DNA of 64,000 nt from Dehalococcoidia bacterium (GCA_963663235.2 CAXXNO010000006.1:224001-288000); one strand, 5' to 3'; shown: positions 18,232 to 28,291, counted from the stretch's first letter. The notes: generated by a model not told the origin, from the letters alone. Numbers and translations: made by a program.

Positions 18232-18918
18232 TCAGTGATCTAGCGGCAAATGGAGCCGCTCCGCAAGGTCCTGCAGATCGCACGCGACCAGGGCCGGCTC
18301 CACGCCGGGCGGCAAGGGCCCGCCGCGCCGGTTGACCCAGACGCAGGGGACGCCGAGCCGCAAGGCGGGCTGGACATCGTGGTGGAGGGAGGCGGCGACA
18401 TGGAGCGTCGCCGCGGGCGCCAGGCCCAGGCGGGCGTGCGCCTCCAGCCAATGCGCGGGCGCCGGCTTGTAGGAGCGGACGTCCTCCGCGGTCACGAGCA
18501 AATCGAAGGGCGCGGAGAGAGAGCGGACGCTGGCGCGCAGGGTGGCGGTGGTGACGTTGGAGACGATGGCCAGCGGCTTTCCCAGGCGGCGCAGGCGGCG
18601 GAGGAAGCCGGGCGCGTCCGCAAACGGCGGCCAGTCCGGGACGCTCGCGGCAAAAGCGCAGGCTTCAGTGTCGGTCACGGCGACGCCAAACTCTCGCGCG
18701 GCTTGCCGGAGGCTGCGCGCCAGCACTTCCTCATAGGGGAGGTAGGGGCCGGCCTCGAGATCTAATTCCAGCGCCTCGCGGCGCTGGAGGAATCGCTCGG
18801 CATCGACATCCTGGAGCGCGGGGATGCGCCGGATCGCCGCAGCGATACCGACGTCCCAGTCGATCAACGTGCCGTAGCAGTCGAAGGTGAAGGCCTGAGC
18901 CGAGCGGACCAGGCTCAC
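18232..18918 (-). CDS. HAD hydrolase, haloacid dehalogenase type II-like
   Basis: FDCYGTLIDW, IVSN, SYKP, HVAASLHHDV. Confidence 0.88.
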   Translation of the reverse strand: MSLVRSAQAFTFDCYGTLIDWDVGIAAAIRRIPALQDVDAERFLQRREALELDLEAGPYLPYEEVLARSLRQAAREFGVAVTDTEACAFAASVPDWPPFADAPGFLRRLRRLGKPLAIVSNVTTATLRASVRSLSAPFDLLVTAEDVRSYKPAPAHWLEAHARLGLAPAATLHVAASLHHDVQPALRLGVPCVWVNRRGGPLPPGVEPALVACDLQDLAERLHLPLDH

Positions 18919-20105
18919 TCCGCCGACCGATCGGCGGGGCGGCCGCGGTAGATCGTCGCGTCGCCGAAACGCTCGCGCAGGCCGGTGACCGCGGCATCGA
19001 GCGCGTCGGGCTGAGCGGGCGGGGGGCGGTCAAAGAGGTCCAACTGGCCGGCCGTCTCCGGCTCGATCAAGTTCGAGACGCCCGCGCCCAAGAGGCGGAA
19101 CTCGCGGCCGGGCGTTAGCTCTGGGTCGAGAAGGGAGAGGGCCTCGGCGGTGATCGTGGATGGGGAATCGGTGGCCTCGACGAGAGTGCGTTGCCGGGTG
19201 AAAGTGGTGAAATCGGCGAGGCGCAGCTTGACGTACACCGTGCGGGCGCGGAGATGGGCGCGCTGGAGCTGCCGCGCCACCGAGGCGGCCTGGTCCCGCA
19301 GGGCCTGCTCCAGCTCACCGCGGTCGCTCTTGTCCTCGGCGAAGGTGGTCTCCGAAGAGATGGACTTTCGCCGACGGGACACGGTCACAGGGCTGTCGTC
19401 GGCGCCGATGGCCAGCCGGTGGAACCACTCGCCACGGACGCCGAAGCGCTCGATCAACCAGGCCAACGGCCGTTGGGCCAGATCGCCGATCGTCTTGACG
19501 CCGGCCCGCTGCAATCGCGCGGCCGTCTTCGGCCCCACGCCCCAGAGGTCGCTCACGGGGAGGGGGGCCAAGAACTCGCGCTCGCGGCCGGGGAGCACGA
19601 TCGTCAGGCCGTCGGGCTTCTCCATGCCCGAGGCGATCTTGGCCACCGACTTGCTCATCGCCACGCCGCAGGAGACGGTCAGATCGGTCTCGCGTCGCAC
19701 CTCGTCCTTGAGCCAGCGGGCCATCGCGCCGGGATCCTCGCCGCTCTCGACGCGCTGCGTGACGTCGAGGAAGGCTTCATCGAGGGAGAGGGGCTCGACC
19801 AACGGGGTCGCGCGACGGAAGATCGCCATCACCTGGCCGCTCACCGCCCGGTAGCGCGGGAATCGCGGCGGCACGACCACGGCCCGCGGGCAGAGGTGGA
19901 CGGCCGTGCGCATTGGCATGGCGGAGCGGCAACCGAACGCTCTGGCCTCATAGGACGCCGCGGCTACGACGCCGCGCGACCTGGGCGAGCCGCCGACGAG
20001 CACGGGCTTGCCGCGCAGGGAGGGGTCATCGCGCTGCTCGACGGAGGCATAGAAGGCGTCCATATCGGCGTGAATCACATAGCGAAGCGAAGCGCTAGCC
20101 TGCAT
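18915..20105 (-). CDS. dinB: DNA polymerase IV
   Basis: HADMDAFYAS, ASYEAR, SLDEAFLD, AKIAS..KPDG, GVG; C-terminal QLDLF beta-clamp motif. Confidence 0.96.
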   Translation of the reverse strand: MQASASLRYVIHADMDAFYASVEQRDDPSLRGKPVLVGGSPRSRGVVAAASYEARAFGCRSAMPMRTAVHLCPRAVVVPPRFPRYRAVSGQVMAIFRRATPLVEPLSLDEAFLDVTQRVESGEDPGAMARWLKDEVRRETDLTVSCGVAMSKSVAKIASGMEKPDGLTIVLPGREREFLAPLPVSDLWGVGPKTAARLQRAGVKTIGDLAQRPLAWLIERFGVRGEWFHRLAIGADDSPVTVSRRRKSISSETTFAEDKSDRGELEQALRDQAASVARQLQRAHLRARTVYVKLRLADFTTFTRQRTLVEATDSPSTITAEALSLLDPELTPGREFRLLGAGVSNLIEPETAGQLDLFDRPPPAQPDALDAAVTGLRERFGDATIYRGRPADRSAE

Positions 20106-20192
20106 GTTGCCTTCCGTGTTGGGCACGGTAACAGCGTCGCGGCCTGCGCTCGGGAAGGCGTGAAGCGACGGGCATTAGGCTACATAACTTAC

Positions 20193-20831
20193 ATGCAGAT
20201 CCTGAAACACTGGAGACGGCGGCGAGCAGCGCAACGGCTCTTCCGCGAAGGCGAGGCGCTGTTAAGAGAGGCGGTGCGCCGCGATGCCGCCGGACGGGCC
20301 GAGGGGCCGGCCCCGGCCGCGGAGGCGCTGGGGCGACTCGAAACGGCGGGTAGGGCAGGGTATCCGGACCGGGCGCACATGGACCTACGGCTGGCGGAAA
20401 CGTTGCTCCTCCTGGGCCGGCCTCAAGACGCGCTGGCGCCGGCGCACCGGGCGGCCGCGGCGCGGCCGTACGACGTCGACAGCCGGATCGTGCACGGAAG
20501 GGTGCGGCTGGCGCTCGGCGACCTGCGGGAGGCGGAGCACGAGTACACGTCCGTGCTGGAGGAGTTCGCGGGCGACCCGGACGCGCGGCGCGGGCAGCTG
20601 GCGGTCGCGCTGGCGCGGGGGAGCCGGACAGTTGACGGTCAAGAGAGCGAAGAGGAGCTGGAGGCGGCGGCAGACTTGCTCGTTGGCGCGTGGGAGGCGG
20701 GGGGCGGCGTGGGCGAGCGTCTGGCGGCGCTGCGGCGCTCCGGGGCAACAGAAGCCGCCGCCGTGGAAGCCGCGCGAGCGCGGCGGGAGTCGCTGCGGAG
20801 TGGCGCGATCAAGAGCGCGAAACGCCCATAA
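20193..20831 (+). CDS. tetratricopeptide repeat protein
   Basis: LAETLLLLGRPQDA...P and HGRVRLALGDLREA..EY..VL TPR patterns. Confidence 0.7.
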   Translation: MQILKHWRRRRAAQRLFREGEALLREAVRRDAAGRAEGPAPAAEALGRLETAGRAGYPDRAHMDLRLAETLLLLGRPQDALAPAHRAAAARPYDVDSRIVHGRVRLALGDLREAEHEYTSVLEEFAGDPDARRGQLAVALARGSRTVDGQESEEELEAAADLLVGAWEAGGGVGERLAALRRSGATEAAAVEAARARRESLRSGAIKSAKRP

Positions 20832-20897
20832 CCGCGGCCCGGCATAAGGTCGATCCGGGCGCCGGACGCGGACGACCGAGAGATTGGGGAGTCGCTC

Positions 20898-21215
20898 ATG
20901 GGCCTGCTCCGACGCTGGAATCGCCGGACATCGACGGCCTCAGGCGAAGACGCCCGTCGGGACATCGACGAGGTCGAGGCCGTGCGGCGGGCGCTGCTGG
21001 AGGAATCGAGGCGGATCGGCCGCAGCACGGGGCTGTCGCTGACGATGCTGCTGGAGCACGGCGCGCCGACGCTGCGCGACATCGATCTCTACGCCGTCCT
21101 CGCGCATCTTGAGGCCGAGGGCGAGATCACGAACCTGCAGCAGCCGTCGGACGGGAACATGCGGTTCGACCTGACCGAGCGGCCGGGCGCGCAGCGGCGG
21201 GACCGGCACGGATAG
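20898..21215 (+). CDS. hypothetical protein, possible winged-helix
   Basis: GGGGAG RBS; LYAVLAHLEAEGEI followed by a beta-hairpin-like segment. Confidence 0.6.
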   Translation: MGLLRRWNRRTSTASGEDARRDIDEVEAVRRALLEESRRIGRSTGLSLTMLLEHGAPTLRDIDLYAVLAHLEAEGEITNLQQPSDGNMRFDLTERPGAQRRDRHG

Positions 21216-21750
21216 GCGCTTCTTCCGTTTCGGATAGATTGTCGGGGCGGAGGCCGTCCCCTTTGAGCGAAGAGGGCATCCGATAGTGCGACGATCCGCC
21301 TCACGGGGCACCGTGGTCGTCAGCAGGGAGAGGCTCATTCCGCCGCCGGGGCCCGCTGGAGTCCGCGATGGAGGACCCCGCCGGCACGAGCGCAGAGCGG
21401 TCGCACAGAGTTTGCCTGCGCGCGGCGCCTGGTACTCGAGCGGACGTCTGCGGCGGCTCACGTCGCAAACGATGGACGGCGCGGGAAGCATCGGCAGGGC
21501 GCGAGCGCGTCCCGCCAAAGCAGGGGATGGGCCAAAAGATGATCGCCCTATAAGGGTTATGTATGAAGCCAAGTGGAGCTCGGCCGGGCTGGGGCCGGCT
21601 ACACACGGCCCGCTGCGGGGCCACGGAGGCCGCCAATCCGCCGCCGACGGTCCCGGCAGAGCGTGAGAGCCCGGAGAGCGAGCCCGCAGCCGCCTCTGTC
21701 TTGACGCTGGCCATAGCCCCGCAGGGCGAGGCGAGCGCGGGCCAGACATC

Positions 21751-21845
21751 GTCTCGGGGCGTACAGAAGGTCTCGGGGCGTACAGAAGGTCTCGGGATAC
21801 GCAGAGGGTGTCGAGGCGCACAGAAGGCCTCGGGTGCGCAGAAAC
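21751..21845. repeat. 19-bp tandem repeat x5 (GTCTCGGGGCGTACAGAAG), progressively degenerate
   Basis: Two perfect copies at 21751 and 21770, diverged copies at 21789, 21808 and 21827; no spacers. Confidence 0.9.
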
Positions 21846-22002
21846 GGCCCTGCCCGCCCGCGGGGAGGGCCAGGCGTCCAGCCGCGACGCGCCGGAGGCA
21901 GGCGGATCACTGAGGTGGTGAGCCGACCCGGCTGCGTCGGCCGACGGGCCTTCGGGAAGGCGGCGACCGAACTTCGCACTATTAGTTATGTCGAGGGACG
22001 CC

Positions 22003-22968
22003 CTACTGCTCGCCGAGGGGCTGATTGAGCCGGACGACGGCGATGGGCCCCGTGACCGTGCGGGCAAAGCGTCGCAGCAAGCCGGCCATCGCGTTGCCGG
22101 GGCCGGTGACGATGAATGTGCGGACGCCCGCCGCGTACGCCGTCTGGAGCGCCGGGAGCCAAGCGATGGGGCGACTGTACTGGCCGCGGAACTCGTCGCG
22201 CAGCGCGGTGGCGGTGTCGATCACCTGGCCGCGCGCGTTGCCGATCATCGGCGTGAAGGGCTCCCGCACCGAGAGCGCATCGATGAGGGGGCCGGCCAGC
22301 GCGTCCGAGTCGCGGAAGAAGCGAGTATGGAAAGCGCCGGCCACCCTGAGCACGACGGCCTTGACGCCGCACGACTCAGCCCGCGCCCGGGCGCGGGCCA
22401 CGGCCTCCGCGCTGCCTCCGACGACAAACTGATCCTCCGCGTTGTGATTGGCGATGGACGTCTGGCTGAGCGCGGCGATCTCCTCCGCCACCGCGCGGGT
22501 CACGCCCGAGAGCGCCAGGAGCGTGTTGGGGGTCGCGTCGCAATCGCGGTCCATGAGCCGCCCCCGCTCGTGGGCGAAGCGGACGCCGTCCTCGAAGGCG
22601 AGCGCGCCGCAGAGGACGGCGGCCGAGTTCTGGCCGGACGAGTGCCCCAAGGCGTAGTGAAGGGCAGGGAGATCGGGACGCTGGGTGCGGGCCCGCTCCC
22701 AATCGGCTTGGGCCCAGGCGAGCAGCAAAGGCTGGAGGACCGACGGCTTGGAGAGCTGCTCCTCCGAGGCGTGGAGCCCGGCGGCCCACAAGTCGACCCC
22801 GATGACGGCCGAGGCGCGATCGAAGACCGCACGGTCCGTGGGGGCGAGATCCGCGATCCCGCCCGGCTTCTGCGATCCCTGTCCGGGGCAGATCAGCGCG
22901 ACTCGGCCCGGCGACGCGTGCGTCGTGCCCGAGGCCGTGAGCGCCGCCGGTGCGTCGCCGCTCCCCAT
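22003..22968 (-). CDS. fabD: ACP S-malonyltransferase
   Basis: PGQGSQ, GHSSG catalytic Ser, ERG, GAFH; AGGAGG RBS. Confidence 0.85.
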   Translation of the reverse strand: MGSGDAPAALTASGTTHASPGRVALICPGQGSQKPGGIADLAPTDRAVFDRASAVIGVDLWAAGLHASEEQLSKPSVLQPLLLAWAQADWERARTQRPDLPALHYALGHSSGQNSAAVLCGALAFEDGVRFAHERGRLMDRDCDATPNTLLALSGVTRAVAEEIAALSQTSIANHNAEDQFVVGGSAEAVARARARAESCGVKAVVLRVAGAFHTRFFRDSDALAGPLIDALSVREPFTPMIGNARGQVIDTATALRDEFRGQYSRPIAWLPALQTAYAAGVRTFIVTGPGNAMAGLLRRFARTVTGPIAVVRLNQPLGEQ

Positions 22969-23015
22969 CCGTCCTCCTACACTGGAACGTACCAGACAGC
23001 GTAGAGGGAGCGCTC

Positions 23016-24329
23016 ATGACGGACACCCGGCGACTGCGCGTGGTTCTGGCGGGGATGGTGCTGCTCCTGGCGGGGGCCGGGTTCGCGCTGGGGCTCGGCG
23101 TCAAGGGGCTAATCGACGGCGACGAGGACGGCAGGGCGGTTCGCGCCCTGCGCAGCGACGGCCGAGGGGCGGTCGTGGTCGCGGCGGACAGCGGGGGCGC
23201 CGAGCGGGGCTCGCGCTTCGGTCTGCTGGACGAGGTGTACGACATCCTCAATCGCGACTTCGTGGAGCCCGAGCGGGTCAACGTCACGGATCTGCGGCGC
23301 GCCGCCATCGACGGCGCGGTCGCTTCGCTGAACGACCCCCACTCCGTGTACATCGATGCGGAGACGTTCCGGCTGAGCAGCGAGGACATCAGCGGGGCGT
23401 TCGAGGGGATCGGCGCGACCGTCGACCAACAGGCGGACGAGATCTTCATCACCGGCACCTTCCGCGACTCGCCGGCGGAGCAGGCGGGGATCCGCGCGGG
23501 CGATGTGATCCTGGCGGTCGACGGCGAATCGACGGAGGGCTGGACGGTGCAGACAGCGGTGGCGCGCATCCGCGGCCCCGAGGGCACGATTGTCGAGTTG
23601 CTCGTCCGTCACCGCACCGACCAAGAGGAGACGATCCCGGTCACGCGAGGCCGCATCATCATCCCGAGCGTGCAGGCGATCGAGATCCAGGATCGGGCCG
23701 GGCAGCCGGTGACGGACCTGGGGTACGTGGCGATCTTCCAGTTCACCGAGAACACGCGAGGCGAACTGGTGCCGATCCTGGAGGGGATCCAGGCCGCGGG
23801 GTTCACGGGCCTGATCGTCGACCTGCGGGGCAACGGGGGCGGCCTGCTGACCGCCACCGTGGTGACAACGGGTGAGTTCCTGGACGGCGGGCTGGTGCTC
23901 ACGCAGGTCGAGCGAGACGGCAGCGAGGAGGCCTACAGCGACACGGCCGGCGGGGCGGCCCTGGGCATCCCGATGGTGGTGCTGGTGGACGGCGGATCCG
24001 CCTCCGGCTCGGAAGTCATGGCGGCGGCGCTGCGCGATCACGGCCGGGCCGTGGTGATCGGGGAGCAGACGCTGGGCAAGGGCACGGTCAGCATCCCACG
24101 CCAGCTCTCCGACGGCAGCGTGCTGTACGTCAGCACGGCGCGCTGGCTTTCGCCCAACGGCGACCTGATCGAGGGAGTGGGACTCATCCCCGACTTCATC
24201 ATCACCCCGAGTGACGAGGACTTTGAGGCGCGCCGCGACGTGCAACTGTTCGCGGCGATCGAGTTCCTGCGCACGGGGACGATCGACTCAAGCTTGACCA
24301 CGCCAGCGGAGGGCGGCGCGGGAGCCTAA
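23016..24329 (+). CDS. ctpA: S41 carboxyl-terminal processing protease with PDZ domain
   Basis: DPHS, FEGIG, SPAEQAGI..GD, DLRGNGGG, SASGSE, GKG motifs; N-terminal TM. Confidence 0.92.
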   Translation: MTDTRRLRVVLAGMVLLLAGAGFALGLGVKGLIDGDEDGRAVRALRSDGRGAVVVAADSGGAERGSRFGLLDEVYDILNRDFVEPERVNVTDLRRAAIDGAVASLNDPHSVYIDAETFRLSSEDISGAFEGIGATVDQQADEIFITGTFRDSPAEQAGIRAGDVILAVDGESTEGWTVQTAVARIRGPEGTIVELLVRHRTDQEETIPVTRGRIIIPSVQAIEIQDRAGQPVTDLGYVAIFQFTENTRGELVPILEGIQAAGFTGLIVDLRGNGGGLLTATVVTTGEFLDGGLVLTQVERDGSEEAYSDTAGGAALGIPMVVLVDGGSASGSEVMAAALRDHGRAVVIGEQTLGKGTVSIPRQLSDGSVLYVSTARWLSPNGDLIEGVGLIPDFIITPSDEDFEARRDVQLFAAIEFLRTGTIDSSLTTPAEGGAGA

Positions 24330-24374
24330 TCGCCGGACGCCGGTCGCGTCGACACGCTGGGCTAGACTGACGGC

Positions 24375-24887
24375 GTGAGCAAACGGGCGCGCAAGCGGAC
24401 GGCGAAAAAGGGCCCGGCCCCGCGCACAGACGGCGCGGAGGCGAACTTCCAGACGATCGCCCGCAACCGCCGCGCCAGTTACGACTACGACATCAGCGAG
24501 CGCTACGAAGCGGGCCTGGCCCTTGAGGGCAGCGAGATCAAGTCGATCCGGCAGGGCAAGGCGAGCATCGCCGAGGCTTACGTGCGGCCGCGTCAGAGGG
24601 AGCTGTGGCTGGTCGGCGCGACCATCGCGCGTTACGACGCGGCCAGTCGCTTCGGCCACGAGCCTACGCGGGATCGCAAGCTGCTGCTGCATCGTCGCGA
24701 AGTGCGCGAGATCGAAGAGGCGTTCGAGCGGAGCGGGCTCACGGTGATCCCGATCCACCTCTACATCAAGCGGGGGCTGGCCAAGTTGGAGATCGGGGTG
24801 GGCCGGGGGCGGAGCAAGGGCGACAAGCGGCAGACGATGGCGAAGCGCGAAGCGGAGCGCCAGATGCGGGCGGCGGTGCGCCGGTAG
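24375..24887 (+). CDS. smpB: SsrA-binding protein
   Basis: NRRASYDY, EAGLAL.GSEIKSIR, RKLLLH, DKR; directly upstream of tmRNA. Confidence 0.97.
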   Translation: MSKRARKRTAKKGPAPRTDGAEANFQTIARNRRASYDYDISERYEAGLALEGSEIKSIRQGKASIAEAYVRPRQRELWLVGATIARYDAASRFGHEPTRDRKLLLHRREVREIEEAFERSGLTVIPIHLYIKRGLAKLEIGVGRGRSKGDKRQTMAKREAERQMRAAVRR

Positions 24888-24911
24888 CGGCGGTATACTC
24901 GAAGGTGAAAG

Positions 24912-25265
24912 GGGGACGAAAGGGCTCGACAGCGATTCGTTGACCGGTTTTGCGCGCCGAGGCGCCGCACCCTCGTAAAACAGCGGCAAACCTTTAACTG
25001 GCGAAAAAGAACTCGCCCTCGCTGCCTAACTAAGGCATCGACGTCCCCCGCCGTCTCAGCCGGACGGATGGTGGAGGGGCGACACTCAGTCCGGCTGCTC
25101 GACTCCTGAGGTCGGGAAGGGGTCGCTAAGCCAACTCCGACTGGTCCCCGAGCCAGCCCGCCGGGAGGCGGACCCGGGGACGAGAACAAAACCCGGCTAC
25201 GCGCGTAGCAGAGGCCGGCGGTCGATCGACTGGACGGGGAGTTCAATTCTCCCCCGTCTCCACCA
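24912..25265 (+). ncRNA. ssrA: tmRNA
   Basis: GGGGACG/CGTCTCC-ACCA acceptor stem with G3.U; tag ORF 25000-25029 GEKELALAA*; T-loop TTCAATT; TATACT -10 at 24894. Confidence 0.96.
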
Positions 25266-25268
25266 ACT

Positions 25269-25313
25269 CCAACAGCGACGGCCGAGTCCGTGGGGCTCGG
25301 CCGTTGTTATTGG
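25269..25313 (+). terminator. hairpin downstream of ssrA
   Basis: CCAACAGCGACGGCCGAG...CTCGGCCGTTGTTATTGG inverted repeat. Confidence 0.7.
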
Positions 25314-25577
25314 TGGTGTGACAGCGACGCTCCCGGGGAGGCCGATGGGGGGCGTGGGGCCGGCACGGACAAGCGCAGGAAGGGAGGCCTATGCACGGCG
25401 CGGTGCGCAGCGCCCCGCCGCCACCCGTCGTCCAAGCGCCGGCCGTGGCTGCTCTGGCCACAATGCGCGCACCACGATCCGTGGGCGGCCGCGTCACGAT
25501 CACCGCGAGGAAAAAAGATGCGATAGTGCGATGCGATAGTGCGGTACGTCCTCATGGACGGATATTGGAGGGTGATC

Positions 25578-26618
25578 ATGTTGCGCGTCCGGTTTTCCCC
25601 TGCCCGCCGATCGTGGCCGTTGGCAGCATTACTACTCGCCGCAGCGGCCGGCATGCTGATCAGCGGTCCGCCGGTGGCTGCCTCCGGGGGCGTCGTCGTA
25701 ACGCCTGCGCCGGGCGGAGGAGCGATCTCGGCTGATGGGACCGGCGGAGCGGGCGTCGGCTTCATACCTGGACACGGAGAGCACGACGGGCCGGGGCCGG
25801 ACGACGGGGACGAGATGGAGCCGGCGGACGAAGGCACGTTCGATCCGGCCACGGGGACGAACACGGTGGACCCGACCACCGGCCACGCGACCATCAACCT
25901 GGACACGGAGAGCACGACGCATAACGGGACGACCGTCGTCAACGTGACGGATGGGACCGGCACCACCGTCGTGGCCGACGTGGCGGACCTGCCGGCGGGC
26001 ACCACCGACATCACGGTGAGCGTGGCGGACCCCTCCGACCAGGCCGTGGCGGACGCCCTGGCGGCTGCGGGGCTACCGGCGGGCACGATGGCGTTCGGCG
26101 TGGAGATCGATATCTCGGACCAGAACGGGACCAATATCGGCGGCACGACGCCGGTGACGGTGCAGTTCGAGTTGCCGGCCGGATTCGATCCGGCCACCAG
26201 CGCGGTGGTCTGGGACGGGGAGATCATCCCGGTGACCGTGGTGTCGCTGGGCCCGCCGGTGGTGGTGCAGGCGTCGTTGCCGCACCTGACGATCGTGTTG
26301 TTCGTCGAGATCGTCGAGGAGGAAGTGGAAGAGGAGCCGATGGACGAGGTGGACGAGGTGGTAGAAGAGGAGCCGCCGGCCCCGGCCCCGGAGGTCCTCA
26401 GCCTCAATGCCGGCGGCCAGTTCCTCTTCTGGGCGTTCGGGGCGGCGCAGGCGGCGGATGTCTTCGGCACGGTCAAGATCGCCTGGCTGTTCGACTCGAC
26501 TACGATCAACTGGACCTCGTTCATTCCCGTGCTCGGCATCACCAACTTCGCCCTCAGCGAGGGCGCCGTGCTGTGGATCGTCACGGACGCGGCGCTGGAG
26601 ATCGTTCTGCCTGCCTAG
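25578..26618 (+). CDS. secreted/surface acidic Thr-rich protein
   Basis: GGAGG RBS, signal peptide ending VAA, beta-rich domain ending HLT, poly-Glu/Pro linker, Trp-rich C-terminal domain. Confidence 0.75.
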   Translation: MLRVRFSPARRSWPLAALLLAAAAGMLISGPPVAASGGVVVTPAPGGGAISADGTGGAGVGFIPGHGEHDGPGPDDGDEMEPADEGTFDPATGTNTVDPTTGHATINLDTESTTHNGTTVVNVTDGTGTTVVADVADLPAGTTDITVSVADPSDQAVADALAAAGLPAGTMAFGVEIDISDQNGTNIGGTTPVTVQFELPAGFDPATSAVVWDGEIIPVTVVSLGPPVVVQASLPHLTIVLFVEIVEEEVEEEPMDEVDEVVEEEPPAPAPEVLSLNAGGQFLFWAFGAAQAADVFGTVKIAWLFDSTTINWTSFIPVLGITNFALSEGAVLWIVTDAALEIVLPA

Positions 26619-26810
26619 CGGAGATCGAAGTCCCGCGCGGGCTGGCGCTCGCTGATCGCGCTGCGACAGCCGGATCGAAGACTCGCCAGTCCTGGCCGCT
26701 TGCAGAGTGCTTAGGGATTCTCCGCGAGGGGCCCCCTCCCACTATGCAGGGCCACCAGTTCCGGGACTGCCTCGCGCCGTTACCTCTCTGTGCGACGGTC
26801 GAATTTACGG

Positions 26811-28264
26811 CTACTCCGGCCGGAGCGGCGCGACCGGGCCGCCGATGGGGGGCGTGGGGCCGGCGGCGGGGAGGTAGCGGCCGTAGCCGGGGTCTTGCTC
26901 CAGGCGGCCGTCGTTGAGGAGGACTTGGCCGCGGAGCAGGGTCATCCAAGGGCGGCCAATTTGCGCCCAGCCCTCGTAGGGGGTGTAGCCGGCGAGGCCG
27001 TGGTGCCGTTCGGCGGTGATCGTGCCCTGGTGGTCGGGGTCGATGATGGTCAGGTCCGCGTCCGATCCCGGGCGGATGGTCCCCTTGCGCGGATAGAGGC
27101 CGAAGATCCGCGCCGGGTTCTCCGCGATCGCGCGCGCGAGCCAGGTGATGGGCAGTCCGCGCTTGGCAACGCCCTCGCTGTAGGCGAGCGGCAGCAGCGT
27201 CTCCGTTGAGGGCGAGCCGAAGGGGATGGGGGCGCCGTCCGGCCCGAGGAGATGTTCTTCCAGCCGGGCTCTTTTCGCTCTTTGGATTTCGGGGAGTGGT
27301 CGCTGGCGACGATCGAGATGGCGCCCTGCGCCAGGCCGTCCCACATCGCCTGCTGGTTGAGGCCGTCGGCCGGGCGCAGAGGCGGCCCGATCTTGGCGAA
27401 GGGCCCCAGTCGCTCCATCTCGGACTCGTCGAGGAGGAGGTACTGGGGGCAAGTCTCGGTCCAAACCGCCTGGCCTTTCGCCTGCGCCTGCCGGATGCGC
27501 TCGATCCCCTCCAGCGTGCTGAGGTGGACCACGTAGGTGGGGCAATCGGTCATGGCGCCCATGAGGATGGCGCGATTGACGGCCTCGGCCTCGGTCCAGG
27601 GCGGGCAGGTGGCGGGGAAGTCGCGCGGGTGGACGCGGCCTTCCGCCACCGCCTTGTCCTGCAAGTAGTCGAGGACATCGCCGCTCTCGCAGTGGAGCTG
27701 CATCAGGCCGCCCGCGCGGGCGACCACCGCCATGGCCCGGATGATCATGGCGTCGGGCGACATGTTGGGGCCCTTCTTGTAGGTCATGAACATCTTGTAG
27801 GAGGTGACGCCCATGCGGATGGCCTCCGGCAGCGAGTCCAAGACGTAGGGCGTGTTGACGATCATCCCGTGCAGTGCGGCATCGAGCACCAACTCGCCGC
27901 GCAACTCGTCCTGCGCGCGGCGAATGGCATCGGGGAAGGTCTCCTGCTCGGCGGCGGCGTAGCTGATGAAAGGGATGATGGTGGTCAGCCCCGCGTAGGC
28001 GGCGGCCGTGCCCAGGGTGCGCCAGTCCTCCATGTATTCGCGGGCGAGCGGGTACTGCATCTTGCCGTGGATGTGGCAGTCGATCGCGCCGGGGAGGACG
28101 TACTTCCCTGTCGCATCGATGTAGCGGCCGGCTTTGGGCAGCGTGTCGGGATCGCCGAGCGCTACGATGCGCTCGCCCTGAATGGCTACGGCGGTGTCGA
28201 CGGCGTCGGTGGCCGTGACGACCGTACCGCCGTGGACGATGGTGTCGACCGTGGACTTCGCCAG
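26811..28264 (-). pseudogene. dihydropyrimidinase/hydantoinase-like cyclic amidohydrolase, frameshifted near 27250
   Basis: DCHIH, SYKMFM, HCE, VVHLS, ETCPQYL, ASDH in one frame; AENPARIFGL.PRKG.I.PGSDAD in another; one missing base in ATC-T[T]C-CTC restores the frame (may be an assembly error); CTG start after GGAGG. Confidence 0.85.
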
Positions 28265-28291
28265 CGGAGCCCTCCGTCTCGCTCTGGCAGA

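Noticed and set aside
19191-20192. N-terminal extension of the TPR ORF
   Set aside because: Overlaps dinB antisense; the plausible start is ATG 20193
20106-20192. LexA box upstream of dinB
   Set aside because: No GAAC-N4-GTTC-like match found
21751-21845. CRISPR array
   Set aside because: Repeats are head-to-tail with no spacers, and no cas genes are present
21971-21996. Canonical dif site
   Set aside because: ACTTCGCACTA and TTATGTCGAGG resemble Xer arms, but the spacer is 4 nt rather than 6; kept only as a weak note
25266-26810. Integrative element at the tmRNA 3' end
   Set aside because: No integrase and no duplicated ssrA 3' end seen
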